63,794 nucleotides of DNA from Tubiluchus corallicola (taxonomy: Eukaryota; Animalia; Priapulida). The position numbers were made by a program, and so were the translations under genes. Below are positions 14,602-29,700 of this stretch, piece by piece. The notes beneath the pieces are model-generated. The model was not told where the DNA came from. It did not search any database and saw nothing but the letters and a program-made list of their open reading frames with translations. Position 1 is the stretch's first letter, and every line of letters starts with the position of its first letter. The stretch lies in the NCBI GenBank assembly GCA_030141605.1, contig JAQGDQ010000039.1, positions 912,748 to 976,541 on the forward strand. The letters run 5' to 3'.

Positions 14602-15994
14602 TTCTTTCTGCAGATTGTCTCAGCACTTCCTTTTCCTGCAAATAAAAGACACTTAAAATAGCCGCCGTTTACAAAATTACAGCTAAGTTTCACGGTGCAC
14701 TTAACATCATAACACTTTTACTAGCTTCATCGCTAACGTTTCGAGTTAGGATCGGGACAAGTGTTAAACCTACTACAAACAGAGATGAAATCAGATAATC
14801 AGAAATGTGTTGTTCAAACATTAATTTTAGCAATTTGGTATCATTTACAAACGCCCTTTCTCACAACAAGCACTGCTAATATTACATTAACATAAACTTC
14901 AGAAAAAACAGAAAGTGATCATTCAACAAAGCCTGCTTATTAGACTTACACTAAAAGCGATTTAAATGAAAAAATTTAAAAAACGTATTTTTATATTCAA
15001 TTTACTATAATTAAATACAAAAACACAACGATGAGGGTGCCATTAATGCAAAATAATTCCCACAAGGCTGAGTGATTTTTTTTCTGCAGTGACGCACCGA
15101 TAACAGGCATCTTGCCCAGGCCAAGTCGTGAACACTTCGATTCTATACTTATAATAAATTTCACAAAACAAACACTGCAAAAACATTGAAACAATGGAAT
15201 GTACGTTTATTATTCATGATTTCACTTATTAGCACTCATTTGTAAGATGAAGCTATCATGAACATTGATTAACTCCATGTTTTGTGTCGATATTTTGCCA
15301 AAAACCGTACAATAGATTACACAGTCAATGGTCCATGTATTTGACATGATACTATAAATTATATTGTGTTAGAACATAATTATCTTCTGATGTCTTGACA
15401 GACTAACAGTTGACTAAAAAAGGCAAAACCTTCTGGGAAGTCAAGCTTAATTCAACGTTCGCAAAGAATGTTAGAAGGATTTAGCAATAAAACTGCAATA
15501 AATGCCTCATGTAATTAATAAAACACTTTAGGCTCTCCCATTTTCAATGCCCATTCTTCCTCAAATGGCATCATTCGTCTTGAAGAATTCTTTGCAAATT
15601 TCTTTGTTATATTTTTATAAGTTTAAGTGGTAATGGTAAATAAACCCAACATGCTGCGTGACTTGTTCTTTCCTTTTCAGTAAGTAAATTTTCTCCATTT
15701 TTACAATCTGGTCAAAACAATTTTACAATCTTTAAGTGCTGGATTTATATCTGTGTAGAATATATGACAGCCAACTGCATAAGTATTTGGTATTGCCAGC
15801 ATCATTCCAACAATGCACCAAAGCAATAAGAAAATCAAAAGCCTGAATTTTCCACCTCCACTAGTACGTGAACTCAAGACCTTTCTGTTTTATGGGCAGC
15901 TATTGCTGAAACAACGGAGAACTATCAAACCCTCGATATTTACAGTGAAAGTATTGCTTGTCTCACACATAACAGTCTGCACTATGTTTGAGAC

Positions 15995-16918
15995 CAGGCC
16001 CAAGGAGATGGTGGTGCAGCCGGTACATTGCTCCAGGCCCTTAAATGATCAATTTTGTACCTCAACATGATCATTTGAAATGCCCTTAGAAACCCTAAAT
16101 TGTTTTAACTTAATCTATGCATGCTAGGTCAAACAATTTGCTCAGGTCAGTAACTAGTGTTAGCTTTGTGCATTGTCCAGCCAATGAAAGCTTATTGCTC
16201 CCAAAAAATGCAACTGCCTCGAGGTCGTGGTAAAGCAAGTTACAAGGAAACAAGATTCCATGACAAAAATATGACCTATGCAGCTCGTGCAGAAAACGAA
16301 GAGAGTCATTTCAGGGAGTCTTTTTTGTGTGATCATAAATGATAAAATTGGTGGACTCACAATTTGATTCAGTGCTGCAAAGAACATTGCCAAGTGGGTG
16401 AACTACCTCGGGAAGTAACTCACAACCCCACCTGATGCAATGAAAACAAACTAAAACAATATGAAAATTTCCTTAGATCCATGTTGAGGCAGGGATGGCT
16501 AACAGACCTGCAAGATTAACTACTGAAGCTGAACTTGCAAGGAAAGTTAATTTTCGTGAAGTTATTCGTTGTTTTGCAGGGAAAAATGCCAGAGAAGCCA
16601 CTTTATTTAGCAGAAAATGAACTGGGACGTATTATGGTTCAGTGTGAATAAACCTTATTTCAGGTATTAAGAAATAAAAATTATTGAACATAAATTATGT
16701 GTATTGTATTTTATAGTCTTTATATAGTCATCTTTATGAGTATGCTATATGTACAAATCTACTATATAAATTCAGTATTGAAAGCAGACAATGTAATACA
16801 TCTAGGGTAAATGGTCCCACTGAAAATTGTACTAAAAGTGGTTCACAGTGGTGTAAAAACTAGTGCTAACCACTTTGCTGCAGTCTTTAACATGCAGAGT
16901 TACCGCCTTACTGGTCCT
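15995..16918 (+). mobile_element. Decayed hAT-family DNA transposon relic (C-terminal dimerisation region)
   Basis: 16450-16600 translates, with a frameshift, to KLKQYENFLRSMLRQGWLTDL...EAELARKVNFREVIRCFAGKNAR, typical of hAT/ZMYM1-like C-termini. Imperfect CAGG... termini; no TSD found. Confidence 0.65.
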
Positions 16919-17126
16919 GGTAATATAAGTGGAATTTTCGGATTGCAGTCAAGGAATCTTCGACAGCAGTGACATTAACATATCAACTGATACTATATCG
17001 AGACATTACATCAGGTGACTGAAAGCTTAGTCACATTTCTGCCCTTCACAAGAAAAGTCTACCCAGCAAACTATACCGATTCATTTCGATCGCAATTATT
17101 AGCTGTACAGTAACACATCATTTATA

Positions 17127-17545
17127 GTGCTTGCTATCAACCACTTAGAAAGTCATCAAATTTTCTGTGATGCCCAGCATGGCTTTCTCAAAAATTGGTC
17201 ATGCAAGACTCAACTATATATCACCACAGTTCGTGCCACATTTATTGTCAATGAAGGTCAACAAACCAATGCCACTCTTCAAGCCTTTGGTAAGGTGCCC
17301 CATTCAAGACTATTATCCAAATTACAGCAAACATAATCATTGGATCATTATTTCTTTTCGGCAAAATACAAGATGCAATGTTCGAGGGTGAGTCATCGAT
17401 AGAAGCAGAGATTTGATACAGTGCTCTGATAGAGCATGTAACATCTGGGGATCCTCATAATAAAGTGTACTCAGACCACTACTATTCTTTGTCTTCATCA
17501 ACAGTTATATCTGATAAAATATCATACACAGTCAGACTATTCTCT
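17127..17545 (+). mobile_element. Highly decayed LINE RT fragment
   Basis: HLESHQIFCDAQHGFLKNWSCKTQL, QAFGKVPHSRLLSKL, then VTSG.P and a remnant of the VRLF(A)DD motif. Confidence 0.75.
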
Positions 17546-17714
17546 GATTACCACCGATTAAATTGCCAATTTACATGAAGTTAATGGTCTACACTTCAGT
17601 AAGTATCCGTAAATATATCTTACGCTCAGGTAAAGTGTTCAACTAAAATAAAATAAATTGAAGAAAATTTGATGTTTTTCGGTGCATCACAATTTTAATC
17701 ATTTTATCATTATC

Positions 17715-20700
17715 ATGGCAGCTTACAGAGAAAAGTAAAATAAAACTACTTTTTATGGATTTTTTGTGAAATTCAACTCTTTCCTCTTTTCTTGTTATAC
17801 GGTTTTATATAAAACAAATGTTCTTTGTGTTTTATTATTAATGTTTTCTAATTTAGTTTAAGTTTGTCTCCCTGTGGTATTTCCTTGTACTTTGTATCGG
17901 TTAGAGTGGAATTCAAAAACTCTGATTCTGTGTGAAAGCAAGATAGTTATATTAACATGGAAGAAAAAGTAAACACATCTACACCTGTGTAAAAAAATCT
18001 CTTATGAAAAAAGCCTATATCTACGGTTAAAATATGCGTTGCTGGTTAATTAATATTATTTTATTTTTAATGGGTCTAGAATACGTTAGTTTACACAGAG
18101 CTCTAGTTTACGTAATGTACACACCGCTAGCAAAAGTTTTAAACGCTATTGAGACTATTGTTTTAACCATTGGCTAGTTGACTTATCATTTTTGCTGATT
18201 ACTTCAAGTTTATTTTGTAGGACTCATGAGAAATGATAAAAATATGCTTGCAGCAACACGAAAATTTCAGGAAAAACCAACCTTTGAACACCATTCATTT
18301 TACATTAATATACGCTTAAAAACCTAAAAATATTGCAATTACCACACAATGGGATGGAACTGCATACCATTTTCAACTGCCCAATCACAGAGCCCTTCTA
18401 CATCCAATTGAAGATCTTTACAGCTGGTAAAAGAATCAGATTCAGACCAGATTTTGCTGTCGTCAGCAAAAAGACGAAGAGAATTTCTCACACAACTAAG
18501 CAAGTCATTTATAAATACCACAAATAAACACGGACCTAACACCGAACCTTGCGGTACAAAACTAGTAATCAAGGACTCAGTCGATTTTTACCGTCAACAC
18601 ACGTACATTGTCTTCTATTTTCTAAGAAGTTAACTATCCACTATAAAACTGAACCAGTTATGCCATAACTTTTAAGTTTTGCAAACAGAAAGTGATGAGG
18701 TACAACATCAAATGCCTTTTTCAGGTCCAGTAATATTATATCAAAAAGCTTATTAGCATCTTTTAACTCAAACCATGCATCGTAACATTGTAACAGTTGG
18801 GTAACCATTGTTTTACCCTTAACAAACCCATGTTGTTCTTCACAAATAATGTTGTATCTTACCAGATGGTTCATTATATGCCTCCGCATGATTTTTTCTG
18901 TCACCTTATCAATTGTACTTAGTAAGCAAACTGGCCTGTAGTTCGATGGATCTGACTTGTCCCCTTTTTATGAATGGGAGTAACCTGTGCCACCTTCCAT
19001 TGTCCAGGTAACTGACAGTCAGCAAAAGACCTATCCAGTAAGGTGTATATAGGCTTAAAAAGCACAGTTCTACATTCATTTAAAATACGTGCATGGTAAC
19101 TATCTGGAGCAGATTTGTTTACATTGAGAATTTGTAACTCAAAGAGCACTTCTTCTTCAGTTATGGAAACATTGTTGATATCAGGATATTGTTGCACTGT
19201 AGTTACTTCATAGTCAGAAGCATTGGGGCTGAATACACTAAAAAATCGTTCAAAATTTGTGCCTTCCCTCTGAATCAGAGACAAGAATACCTTGGGAATT
19301 CTTCAGTGAATGAATTCTAGACTTTGGCTTCCGAAGTGCATTGATATACTGCCAGAATGCCTTAGGATTACTCTTGCAATTACTTGCTAAGTTACGTTCA
19401 TATCTTTTTGTCGCAGTAGTTATAAGATTTTTCACCACATTACGCCTTGCAGCATACCGTTCATAAGAAGGTTTTGTTCTTTGCCTCTTCCAGTCAAAAA
19501 ACAACTTTTCTTTCTCCTTAATACAGTCAAGCAACTGCTTAGTTAACCAAGAAGGCCGAGGTCGACTACTCTTATTACAAGAACTTGGATAGAAACTGGG
19601 CACATATTCATCAACAACTGACATGTACACATTATGAAATTTTGTCCACAAATCATCAAGAGTAAGATTACTATTTAAAACATTGATCCAATCAACTTGG
19701 CTAAATGCATTACACATACTGCTGAAATTAACTTTGTTTAAACACATCTTCTTCTGAGGTAGAATTTTGACTGGCAATACATTTACATTCAAACTAAAAT
19801 GCAAACACATGGTCACTATTACCAAATGGTGAACTAGGTCTCAAATTTTTTACCAAATCATCTTGTTCAGTGCCAATGCGATAGCGTGTTGCAAATTTCA
19901 CGTGTTGAAATAACAAGTTCAACTCAAAGCATTCTAAAAACTCATTTTCAGTAGCATTATTGAAGAACTCCAATTGCCAATCAATTCCTGATAAGTTATA
20001 TTTGATGTGTGAGATTCACACACATACGATATCAGTTTAATAAGATTAGCATTATCACTGATTGTTGAGGATGGACTTCTGTATATCAAGAGAATACACA
20101 AACTTTGATTCTCTTGAAGTTTAATTTTTACACATACTGCACACTTAAAATATTTACAATGTAGTTCAAAAAAGTCAATACCCTGATGAACGTATATAAC
20201 TACACCACGGCCACAAGAGTTATAAATAGGTATATTATAACCCGGGATTGTTAACTCAGTTTTCTCTATGTAATTTTCACCAGATTTAGAGTTCACTTCC
20301 GTAATTGCAACTACATGATAAAGCGTAGATTTTGTAATAATTCCTGTCTCTTGTTTAAGAATTGATCTGCATTAGTATACAAAACATTAATGTTTTTCCC
20401 AGAATAAGTCTTAACTTTATTCCATGAGTTACAATCTCTCTTCGGATGTTGTTTACTGCAACCTATTTATTTTTATTTTTCCATTCGTAAACAACTCCTC
20501 TGGCGTAATTGATGCTCCCGTTTTTTGACGGCTCACGTTTTTTCCTTTCTTCTAATTCCTTCATGAGTACCTTTCTTTCTTCATGCTGTTTGAATGTTAA
20601 ATCTGGCTGCACAAACATATTTCCAGTTTCACGATTGTCTGAATCACAAATCTGGCGATATGCTTCTAAAATCCTTGTTTTATCTGCATAAGACTCAACT

Positions 20701-23700
20701 TGGAATTTCAACATATCGTTACCTTTTTGATCTTTAACTTTCAAGACGAAATATATTGGTAACTGGCTTTACATTACTGACACCAATTTTATCCAAGAAG
20801 ACATTTATCATCTCATCATTTATTTGCTGTAGCTCATGCTTGCTTAGATTAGAATCTACCGTGGGTACATTTCGTGTGCATATAAGCATTACGTGACAGA
20901 GATAAACAAAAGCAAGGTAGCTAAATGATGAAAACAGTCTAATTCTAAAATGTCATTCTTGGGTGGATAAGTAATGCACGTTTAGTAGCGTTACTGCCAA
21001 AGTAATCAGATTACAAGACTAAGTGGAGTAATTGTGTTGCATTACATGTTACTATAAAAATAATACAGTTACAGTAATGGCTACACTCCAGATAAGCATG
21101 GAACTCTGTGAGCATACAATAAGTGCTGGGATAAGAATACTTACCTTACAGAATTCAGTTTTGATTTGTTGAAGTAATTATTCTGTTACTACATTGGTGT
21201 GAACTAGTCAAGTTGGAGGTTATACTGTCGTCATCATTCGTCAGTTTTCATTACATAGTGGACATATTGGACTTTCAATAAAAAGCAAAAAAATATTGTT
21301 AATAATCTCTGATTTAACATTTAAAGTTGTACATTAAAAACTATATGGATTTCTCTGGTGACTAATCAAAAGTGCCCGGTTTTTAAGTGTTTGTACATTT
21401 TTTCGGAATTGTACTGAACACGCAAACTTGATACCATTTTGTAGATCCTTTCGAGCTCTACACGTCCAACCATAGTTTTGTTTATAATAGTAGCTACTGG
21501 TTGTGTACAGTAACCTAAATTATAATAAAAAATTCCAATATGCAAAAATAAGTAGATAGTTAAACAAAATACATGGCACCCATTTTTGAAGTTTCAGCCA
21601 GTTTCTCTGGACCTTGGAAACAACTAATATAGTACCAATTTGCAAATAATAGAAACACACACACACACACACACTATTACTAACATTTTAAATATGTCTT
21701 TTACCTTGGAACGTATGTTCTCTTATATGATACTTTTGTACTAAAATAAGTACTAAAATAAATTAAATCCTGTTAAATTAGCTGTTACTAGAAGTATAGT
21801 GTGTATGTTACACATGGCCAAGTCACAATCTACATAGTGGTAGTCTATATTACTAATGTTGACTCAACTTGAAATTAATCATGTTTAGCTGCAAACTGTA
21901 CCATCCCTCTGTGACAGAAATAGTCAGAGGTAATATTGCAGATGAAGCCGCCTAAAAGCAGTTTTCCGAACAGTCACCCATTCCTACTGACCTGGCTCAG
22001 TGCTGCATAATTGTCATAAGCAAAGCACACATGCTGATTACTGAGCTTTTCCCTTCAGCTCATGCCAAGATATTATTTTATGCTGTTATGACTAATGCCC
22101 TTGTGTAAGTTATTGTTGTGTAATATAATTTCTTAGCTAAATCATCCCTCTCTTTCTTCATTGATGAATTTTATGCTTTTATGATAATAACAATAATTGT
22201 AATAATAATAATAACAAAGATGACGATAACAACAACAAATGTGTTTTATTTAAAATTAACATCTATAATCACAGTCACTTACATTAAAATGCACATTTTA
22301 CAAAAACACTAAATTATGCTTTCAGGTTAAAGCGGTTTGAGGATTTATTATCCGTGGACAATTTAGACATCAGCGAACTCCGTATACTTTGTTTTAATGG
22401 TAAACAGCAATTTGTGTCATTTTGCACGTAGTACATGTTGATGTCTAGTATTTTGTCTTTGTGAAATGCTGGTATATTTTTGTGCTCTTACATAGTTTTG
22501 TAAAAGTTGCAGAAAAAATTTGGTTAATTGGCTTTTTTACTGCGTGTCTTATCATACTATTATACTATTAGTTGCTGTTTTTTCAGAGGGTAAATTTAAT
22601 TTGTTGTGAATGTTTTTGCCTTTCTGTTAAAATGTTTATCAAACAATGATTTATACCTATGATACATCCTGCGTCTGGAAGAGAGAAATAGAAAGTTGCT
22701 GAGCACCAAACCAAATGTCGCATGAAACCAGAGATTTTGGCAGCAGAGATGCTGGCAAAATCTGGCGTTCAACGTCCATGCAGTGTCTGTTTCTCAATCA
22801 GCCAGTGAGAACTGGGCCTGCGATTATGAAACAACCGTTTACAATTATTGGCAAAAGTTTAAAACTATCTTACAAAAGAAAAATTGGAATCTCAATAGAA
22901 AATTCTAGCAGATTTTATTTTATTTTGTTCAAAGACCTTTAAATTACGTAATATTTGCAGTAGGTTTTTCAGATGCTGAACGCTGGATGCCTTGATGTAT
23001 CATAGGCCTTAAATGTTAAGTACACAAGCAATAGTCCTGCTTCTCATTTACACAGTCACAAACTGCTTATGTCTAATTCCAGAATACGTTTTTAATTACA
23101 GGTATTCCAGATGAAGCAGGTATTCGCTCTCTCTGCTGGAGATTACTGCTAAACTACTTACCACCCTGTAAATCATCTTGGCCTAAATTTTTGGAGAAAC
23201 AACGGTAATAGACAAATTAACATTAGGAATAAGTATTGGTTTATTTACTCATAGTTGCTATTTTTCTCACTTATTTTAATAGCATTTTATCATACAAACA
23301 AGTTTTAAAATAAAAGTGACTGCCATAACCCACTTGAGGAAAGACATGCCCTCCATCACCAGTCAAGTTGTATTATTCAAATTTCTATGAAATTTAGTCA
23401 GAATCATGGCTTCATCGAAGTTGTTTACATCTTAGAGGACTTTATACTTATACCTCATGTCAGTATGGTTCAGTATTTGTTCATCTAAAACACCACAGAC
23501 ACTTGCAACTATATTGAGTTTATTAGGACACCTAGTAGATACAATTCTTGCTTTTAAAACACTACAAACAGTTTTATTTTGTTTTTCTTAATTAGTAAGT
23601 GTAGTGTTTCTTCTGATTTAGTTTTTAATGCAGCTTCTGAATGAATTTTATATCCCTTAGTTTAATGTCATTGTATACATTCATTTTATATTTAGTTTAA

Positions 23701-26700
23701 CTTGTAATTTTTATTTTTTGTATCTCTACTTTACAGTCAAAGATATCCGTGAAGGACGAAAGGTCATGTGAAAAAAATTTTGAGACTTAATGGGCACTTT
23801 GGCTGCTCCATCGGATATGTTACAAAAATTCTTTTGCATACAAGCCTTTTTTGTGAAAATTACACTTGAAATTTGTACATATTGCAGAATCTTTTCTTGC
23901 ATTTTTGCAAGTAGACTTTATTTTATGCAATAAAACTTGGACTTGTAAATTGGCTAAGTTGGTGTTTTATTTTAGGGAGGTTTATCAGACGTTTATACAT
24001 GATATCATCATTAATCCAGGTAAAACACATTTTGGCAAAAGTGGTCGACTTGACGTAACACTAGAAGATCATGTACGTTTATTTTTCAATTTGCTGTTTA
24101 TTTTTAGCTGTTAATACATCTGCTAAAAATATTTATGTTTTTATTACCATTTGTTGTTTGTTTATCTGTTAGTTAGCAGGATTATAGGAAAACTACTTAA
24201 CTAATTTCCATGAAATTTTGTAGCGGTTGTGAAGCATGGGACAAGGAAGAATGCATTGAATTTTCGTGTGGGTCTGCATCTGTTATATTGAATTTTTAAT
24301 GTTAACTTATAAATTCAGCCTGGGCTGAGGTTTCCTGTCTAATGAGTGGTATTCCAGTTTATTGATTTTACCACTTTTGCATTTTTCATTGTTGCATTCT
24401 GATATTTCTGTCCTTTTTTGAAAATACTGAAATAATTCAAGTAGATGTATTTCTGTTTCTTCCTTGCGAACTAGAGTTCAGAAACAATCTTCTGGCGTGC
24501 TTTTGTTTTACAATTTGTTTTGTGTGCTTTGTGACGGTCTGTGAGTGAAGCTCACCTGTGCTTTTGCTTTATGCATTGCATCTTTGATCATTTTAATTTT
24601 TCACCACCACCCAATCACTGTCATTTCTTTTTGTCCTTTCCTTATTCAGTTGCAGCTCATTCCATTGTAGGGAACCTTACTGACTAAACGAATAGACAGA
24701 CAAATAGGTAGACAAAATAGACTTTTTCAGTTTTGTGTCTAAGGTTTTTAGTTTTATTTCAGCCTTTAAATCCTAAGCCGGATAGCCAGTGGGTAGCTTA
24801 CTTTAAAGACAATGAAGTTTTAATACAAATAGACAAAGATGTCCGGTAAGATAGACAGTATAATTTAGATAAACTCAGCTCATACTTTATAAAATAACCT
24901 TGAATTTATGACTAGCATTGATAAATATATTACAAATGCAATCTTGGTTCAGAAATTCACCATAGACTACTGTACTTTAAAAATCAAATGCTAAAATATT
25001 TATTTGTCATCGACAGGCACTTAACACGCTTTTGTACTGACAAACACCAAAATTTGATTAGAATTTTATTTTCACTTACAAATAATTGCGGAATTTGTAA
25101 GTAGAGTTGTTAACAGTTGTCATCAAAAGCAAACAGTCTGAAATCTGACACAAATGTTAATTGTAACACGAGATCTAATTTCAACTTCATTAATCTCAGA
25201 TCTGATCTAAAGGTCTTCTGCTACATAATGCCGTATTAATAATTAAGGTCAAAGATTTGTTTTGTTGAATGTTTAACTATTGAAGGTTAAGTTTAAAATA
25301 CAAGTTATCTTAATGCCTTATGAGGATGTTGTGTTTTGATTATATTGCATCTTTAAAAGTAGTCTAATTGATGTGATTAATTAAATTTACAAATATTTAC
25401 AGGCGATTATGTCCAGATATTGGGTTCTTCCAAAGGGCAACTGAATTTCCCAGTAAGGTTATGGTCGATGCAGATGGAATAGAGACTCTACGTAAAAGGG
25501 TTGATGTGTCGGTGCTGAAATCGCACACCGTGTCTAAGAATCGGCTTGGCATAACTAATGTAGGTGTTTTAAGGGATTGTTTGATTTTAACAGCAGTAAT
25601 ATTTGACATTTAACCTGCACTACTTAGTTACTTACAATGCATAAGTAATCTACCTTGAACCGTAATAAGCCTTTTCACAGTTTCGCTATTCACATGCATG
25701 GTTGCTGCAGGTCACAGATTAAGTGCAAGCAGTGCATTTTTCTTAACTGCAACCATCACGTGACCTTACATACACATTTGCATGTAGGTGAAACGGATGA
25801 AACGCGTGGTTCTTTTTTTGTTATTATACTATACATGTGTCTAGTTTTAAACTAGACAGTTAGTCTTATCCAAAAATGGCTAGCAAAATAGCAGCAACAA
25901 TCCACGTAAAACAAAATTATAGTGAAGAAGAAATTAATGCCAAAAACTGTTATTGACAACTGCATGAGCCTCGAGATGTTGTCAAGTGTAAACAAATCCA
26001 TTGTTTGGTTCAGATAACGTTGTTAGGTTCACTTAGGCTTTGACCTTTTCACAATCATGATCAATCGCTGGAACTGTGAAAAAGCTTATTCTTGTGTATT
26101 ATATACTAAAATATAGAGTGTTCATAAGTCACTCACTAATTTGAGTTTTGATTTCCTTTGCTGCTAATCAACCAGTGACTTTCATCTTATAACAAAATTT
26201 GGCTTAGTAACATGGTCCCCGTCAGAGATTAAAAAATTTGACACACAAGCAGCTAGGGGGTCGGGGGAGCCCCGGCCACCAACGCATTTTCCTGTATTTA
26301 AGCACCATTTGGAGGCCTCAAATGAGATCTAAATCTGGTACACAGACTTCCTCAAACGTGAAAAACTCTGCTTTAATTAATATATTATACCTACATTTAC
26401 CTAGGTAATATTCATCGTATTCTATTGTAATAGTCATATATCTTAAAAGCAAGTTCGTAATACATTGCAATGCAGATGACCCATTACTTAAGCTTAATTT
26501 TTTTAGTGTCAAGATTATCTATCCAGCGAAATGTGGATAGCCAAACGTAAAACCGATTTGAGACTGTTAAGTTTACAGCCCACCCACTGTTCCTACAAAA
26601 TTTAATATGTTTGTGTGTGTGCTAATTTTGCCCACTGAACACAGCTAAATGCAATTTTACTGCATTTTAGTCAAACTCATGACTCATAATTTCACTACTA

Positions 26701-29700
26701 CAGTAAAAGGGGGCCCAGGCCCCTTGAGCCGACCCCCTAAATGCAGTTACAGTTAGTTAGAAACTTTCTAGACAACGGAAATCGATAGGAGAATCAACAC
26801 TATGTAAGTGATATATATATAAACATAACTTCACTGTGCAAATCAGCTTACTGCTCGGGGATTGCGCAAACAAACAAGGGGTTGGTGTGTTTCTTGGTTT
26901 ACAACTAAAAAAATTTATTTAACCATAAAAAAAATTTCTTAAGAAATTCCGTGGACGCATGTGCATCAGTGCTTCTGCCTGCCGGCACCCATGCTTAGTA
27001 ATTCAAAATTGTTTTGAGTCTACATTTGAAGTTTTGTGCTTTTTCCTTCTGGTATTATGCTGACTTTAAAGCATTGCCATGTAAAGTTGATGCATGGCCA
27101 TATATAGAAAAGAGCATAATGCATAGATATAAACTAAAATTGCCGCAGGCATGTTAAGGCCTGTAATGGTAGTAAAATTTTTTTGAGTTGAAGATTTGGA
27201 CACCAAGTTGATCGTTTGTTTTTGTTCTGCAAATAACAGTGCAGAGTGCTGGTGAAAACAATGATGTATTGTGTGGAAATTTGCGTGTGGTCATTAAAAA
27301 ATATGAAACGACAAATATTTGCCTAATAATTTACTTGTCAAAATTTTTCACTATATTTTTTGTCCGATATACGTTACAGCTTATCTCGTCTTCCAAGCAA
27401 TCGAATGTTGCATATTCTGTGCTGCAACATGGTCAGGAAGCCCACTGGGAGGTAGTCGAACGAATCCTGTTTATCTACGCAAAGCTCAATCCAGGACTTG
27501 CCTATGTACAGGGAATGAACGAAATCATAGGACCTTTATACTACATATTTGCTTCAGACATCAATGTGGAATGGAGAGGTGTGATATCATTTACGTGGTT
27601 GTCAGAAATATTAATTTCGATTTCTTGTAAAAAATAGGTAGTAATCATGTTTGTCATTTTCTTTTCTTGATTTAATCTGCAATTTGTTTTTGCAAAACTT
27701 AAGCAATGCCTGTGCTAAAAAGTACTTGAATAAGTGACAGTCAGCAAATCAATAGATAATCTCAACTTTGTGGTTACAAATTAACAGTTAAAGTACTTTG
27801 CTTCAGTATCAGTTTCAAGTTTAAGAGGCAACCCTTCCACAGTTGAATGCAGAAAAATATGTTTTTCCTATGCAGAAAGGTAAACTTTTGTTTTGGTAAA
27901 CAGCTAAGTGGATAGGCAAGTGCAGATGGAGTGTGTGTGTTTGAAACAAGCTCACTCCAAACAGTATCATTTGTAAGTCTTGGTTATTTAGCCAGTAGAA
28001 GTAGGATGTGAATACATCCAAACATGGCTGAGACACCTCTTCTGGTTCAGTGGCTCATCTTATACAGATATCCTTGACATTGAAGTAGCCTCCGGTCATG
28101 TCACAAGTATTTGAGCAGGTCCTGCTTTTGAGTGGTAGATTCCGGCTTGCGGTGTGCTTTTTGTTGTTCTGTACATTTGTTTTTGAGTGATTTGTTAGCA
28201 TAGCACAATGGATAAGGCTTTCTATGAGTGATTATCAGATAGCTCAATATGGGTTTGCAGCTATTTTTGATCATGTTTGCTATCCAGACTTTCCTAATGT
28301 CAATACAAAGTTTATGTTACGGCTTTAATTCTTTAATGTGATATTCATCTTATTGTTTAAGAGATTTATAGTTAAATTCATTCCGTTGCAGAGAATGCAG
28401 AGGCTGATGCTTTCTTTTGTTTCACTAACTTGATGTCTGAGATCCGTGATAACTTCCTCAAAACACTGGATGACAGTGTTATGGGTATAGGTATGACTTT
28501 TAGTAATTATGGGAGAAATACGTACATTCGATAAGATTGAATTGTTGCAATTATGAATGTTAAACAAGTGTTTGGTTGTACTGTGTGGCTGATGAGGCTG
28601 GCTTCTCTTATATTTTGTCTTAAGCAACAAAATAATATTTTGTTTCAGTGACGTTACTCGGCATCAAAATATTCTCTTGCTAATTGCTATTACTACTTTC
28701 TTACAGGCATGCTCATGAACACACTGATGTCCAGGTTAAAACTGTACGATCGAGAGTTGTCTAATCGTTTACAGAAACAAGATTTAAAGCCTCAGTATTT
28801 CAGCTTTAGGTGGTTAACTTTGCTGTTATCTCAGGAATTTCCTATGCCAGGTTTGTTTATCTTGTTTTCTTTTTGCCTTTTAGTTTTAGTTTATCTTAGT
28901 TTCTATCTTTTCCAGCTTTTATCTTAGCTTTTTCAGTGATGAGAACTGCAAAGCTTAGGAAATGATCATCTTGCTTGATAAATGACAAAAAAAAATATCT
29001 TTCATAGAATGTCTCTTGGTTTCAATGATGCCATTAACAGTAAAGCTATCACAGTCAAACCTTTTTAACCACCCACTACTATGGGACTTCAAAAAAAAGT
29101 TGGCATTGTAGCAAGTTTGGCATTATAATGAGTACCATTAATACATGTATGTCTGTGCAAATTTGTTTTGCGAAATAAGTTTATTGAAGTAAATTGAATA
29201 TAGATATTTTCATTTTTTTAAAAATCTAAACATTAAGCGAGTTTGGCATTATAAGGGAGGGTGTTATAATGAGGTTTGAGTGTAATTTAATTAAATGGCT
29301 GCTGAAAATGTATTTGACATGCTGTTAAAAAGTAGACTTCTTCAGAAGCTTTACCCTGGTATCAACCCCCCTTGACTTCTGCTTGTCTTGTACTGTAGCT
29401 TGACTATAATCATGTGATTACACTTGATAATGCTGTTGAAATGCAGGTTTTTCCTACAGAATTTAACAAGCATTGATATTGGATAAGCTGATAGTTTACT
29501 AATATTAATGCAAACCTAACATGTTACTTTTATCCAAGTGCCTTAACTACACAGCACAATCAGTCAGCGAGTGTAAATAAACATCAAGTCAACCACAACG
29601 ACAACAAAAGCATGACGTTGCCCACATAAACAAACCCTCTGCTAATGTTTCTATGTACAAATAACCTTTGACCTTTTCACATTTGTCATCAATCACTGGA

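Noticed and set aside
15290-15830. Possible piggyBac-like transposase relic on the minus strand
   Set aside because: Only a vague resemblance with many stops; cannot be supported by eye.
26210-26995. GC-rich patches as a promoter or CpG island
   Set aside because: They are intronic and resemble decayed hAT-type MITE ends; boundaries could not be defined.
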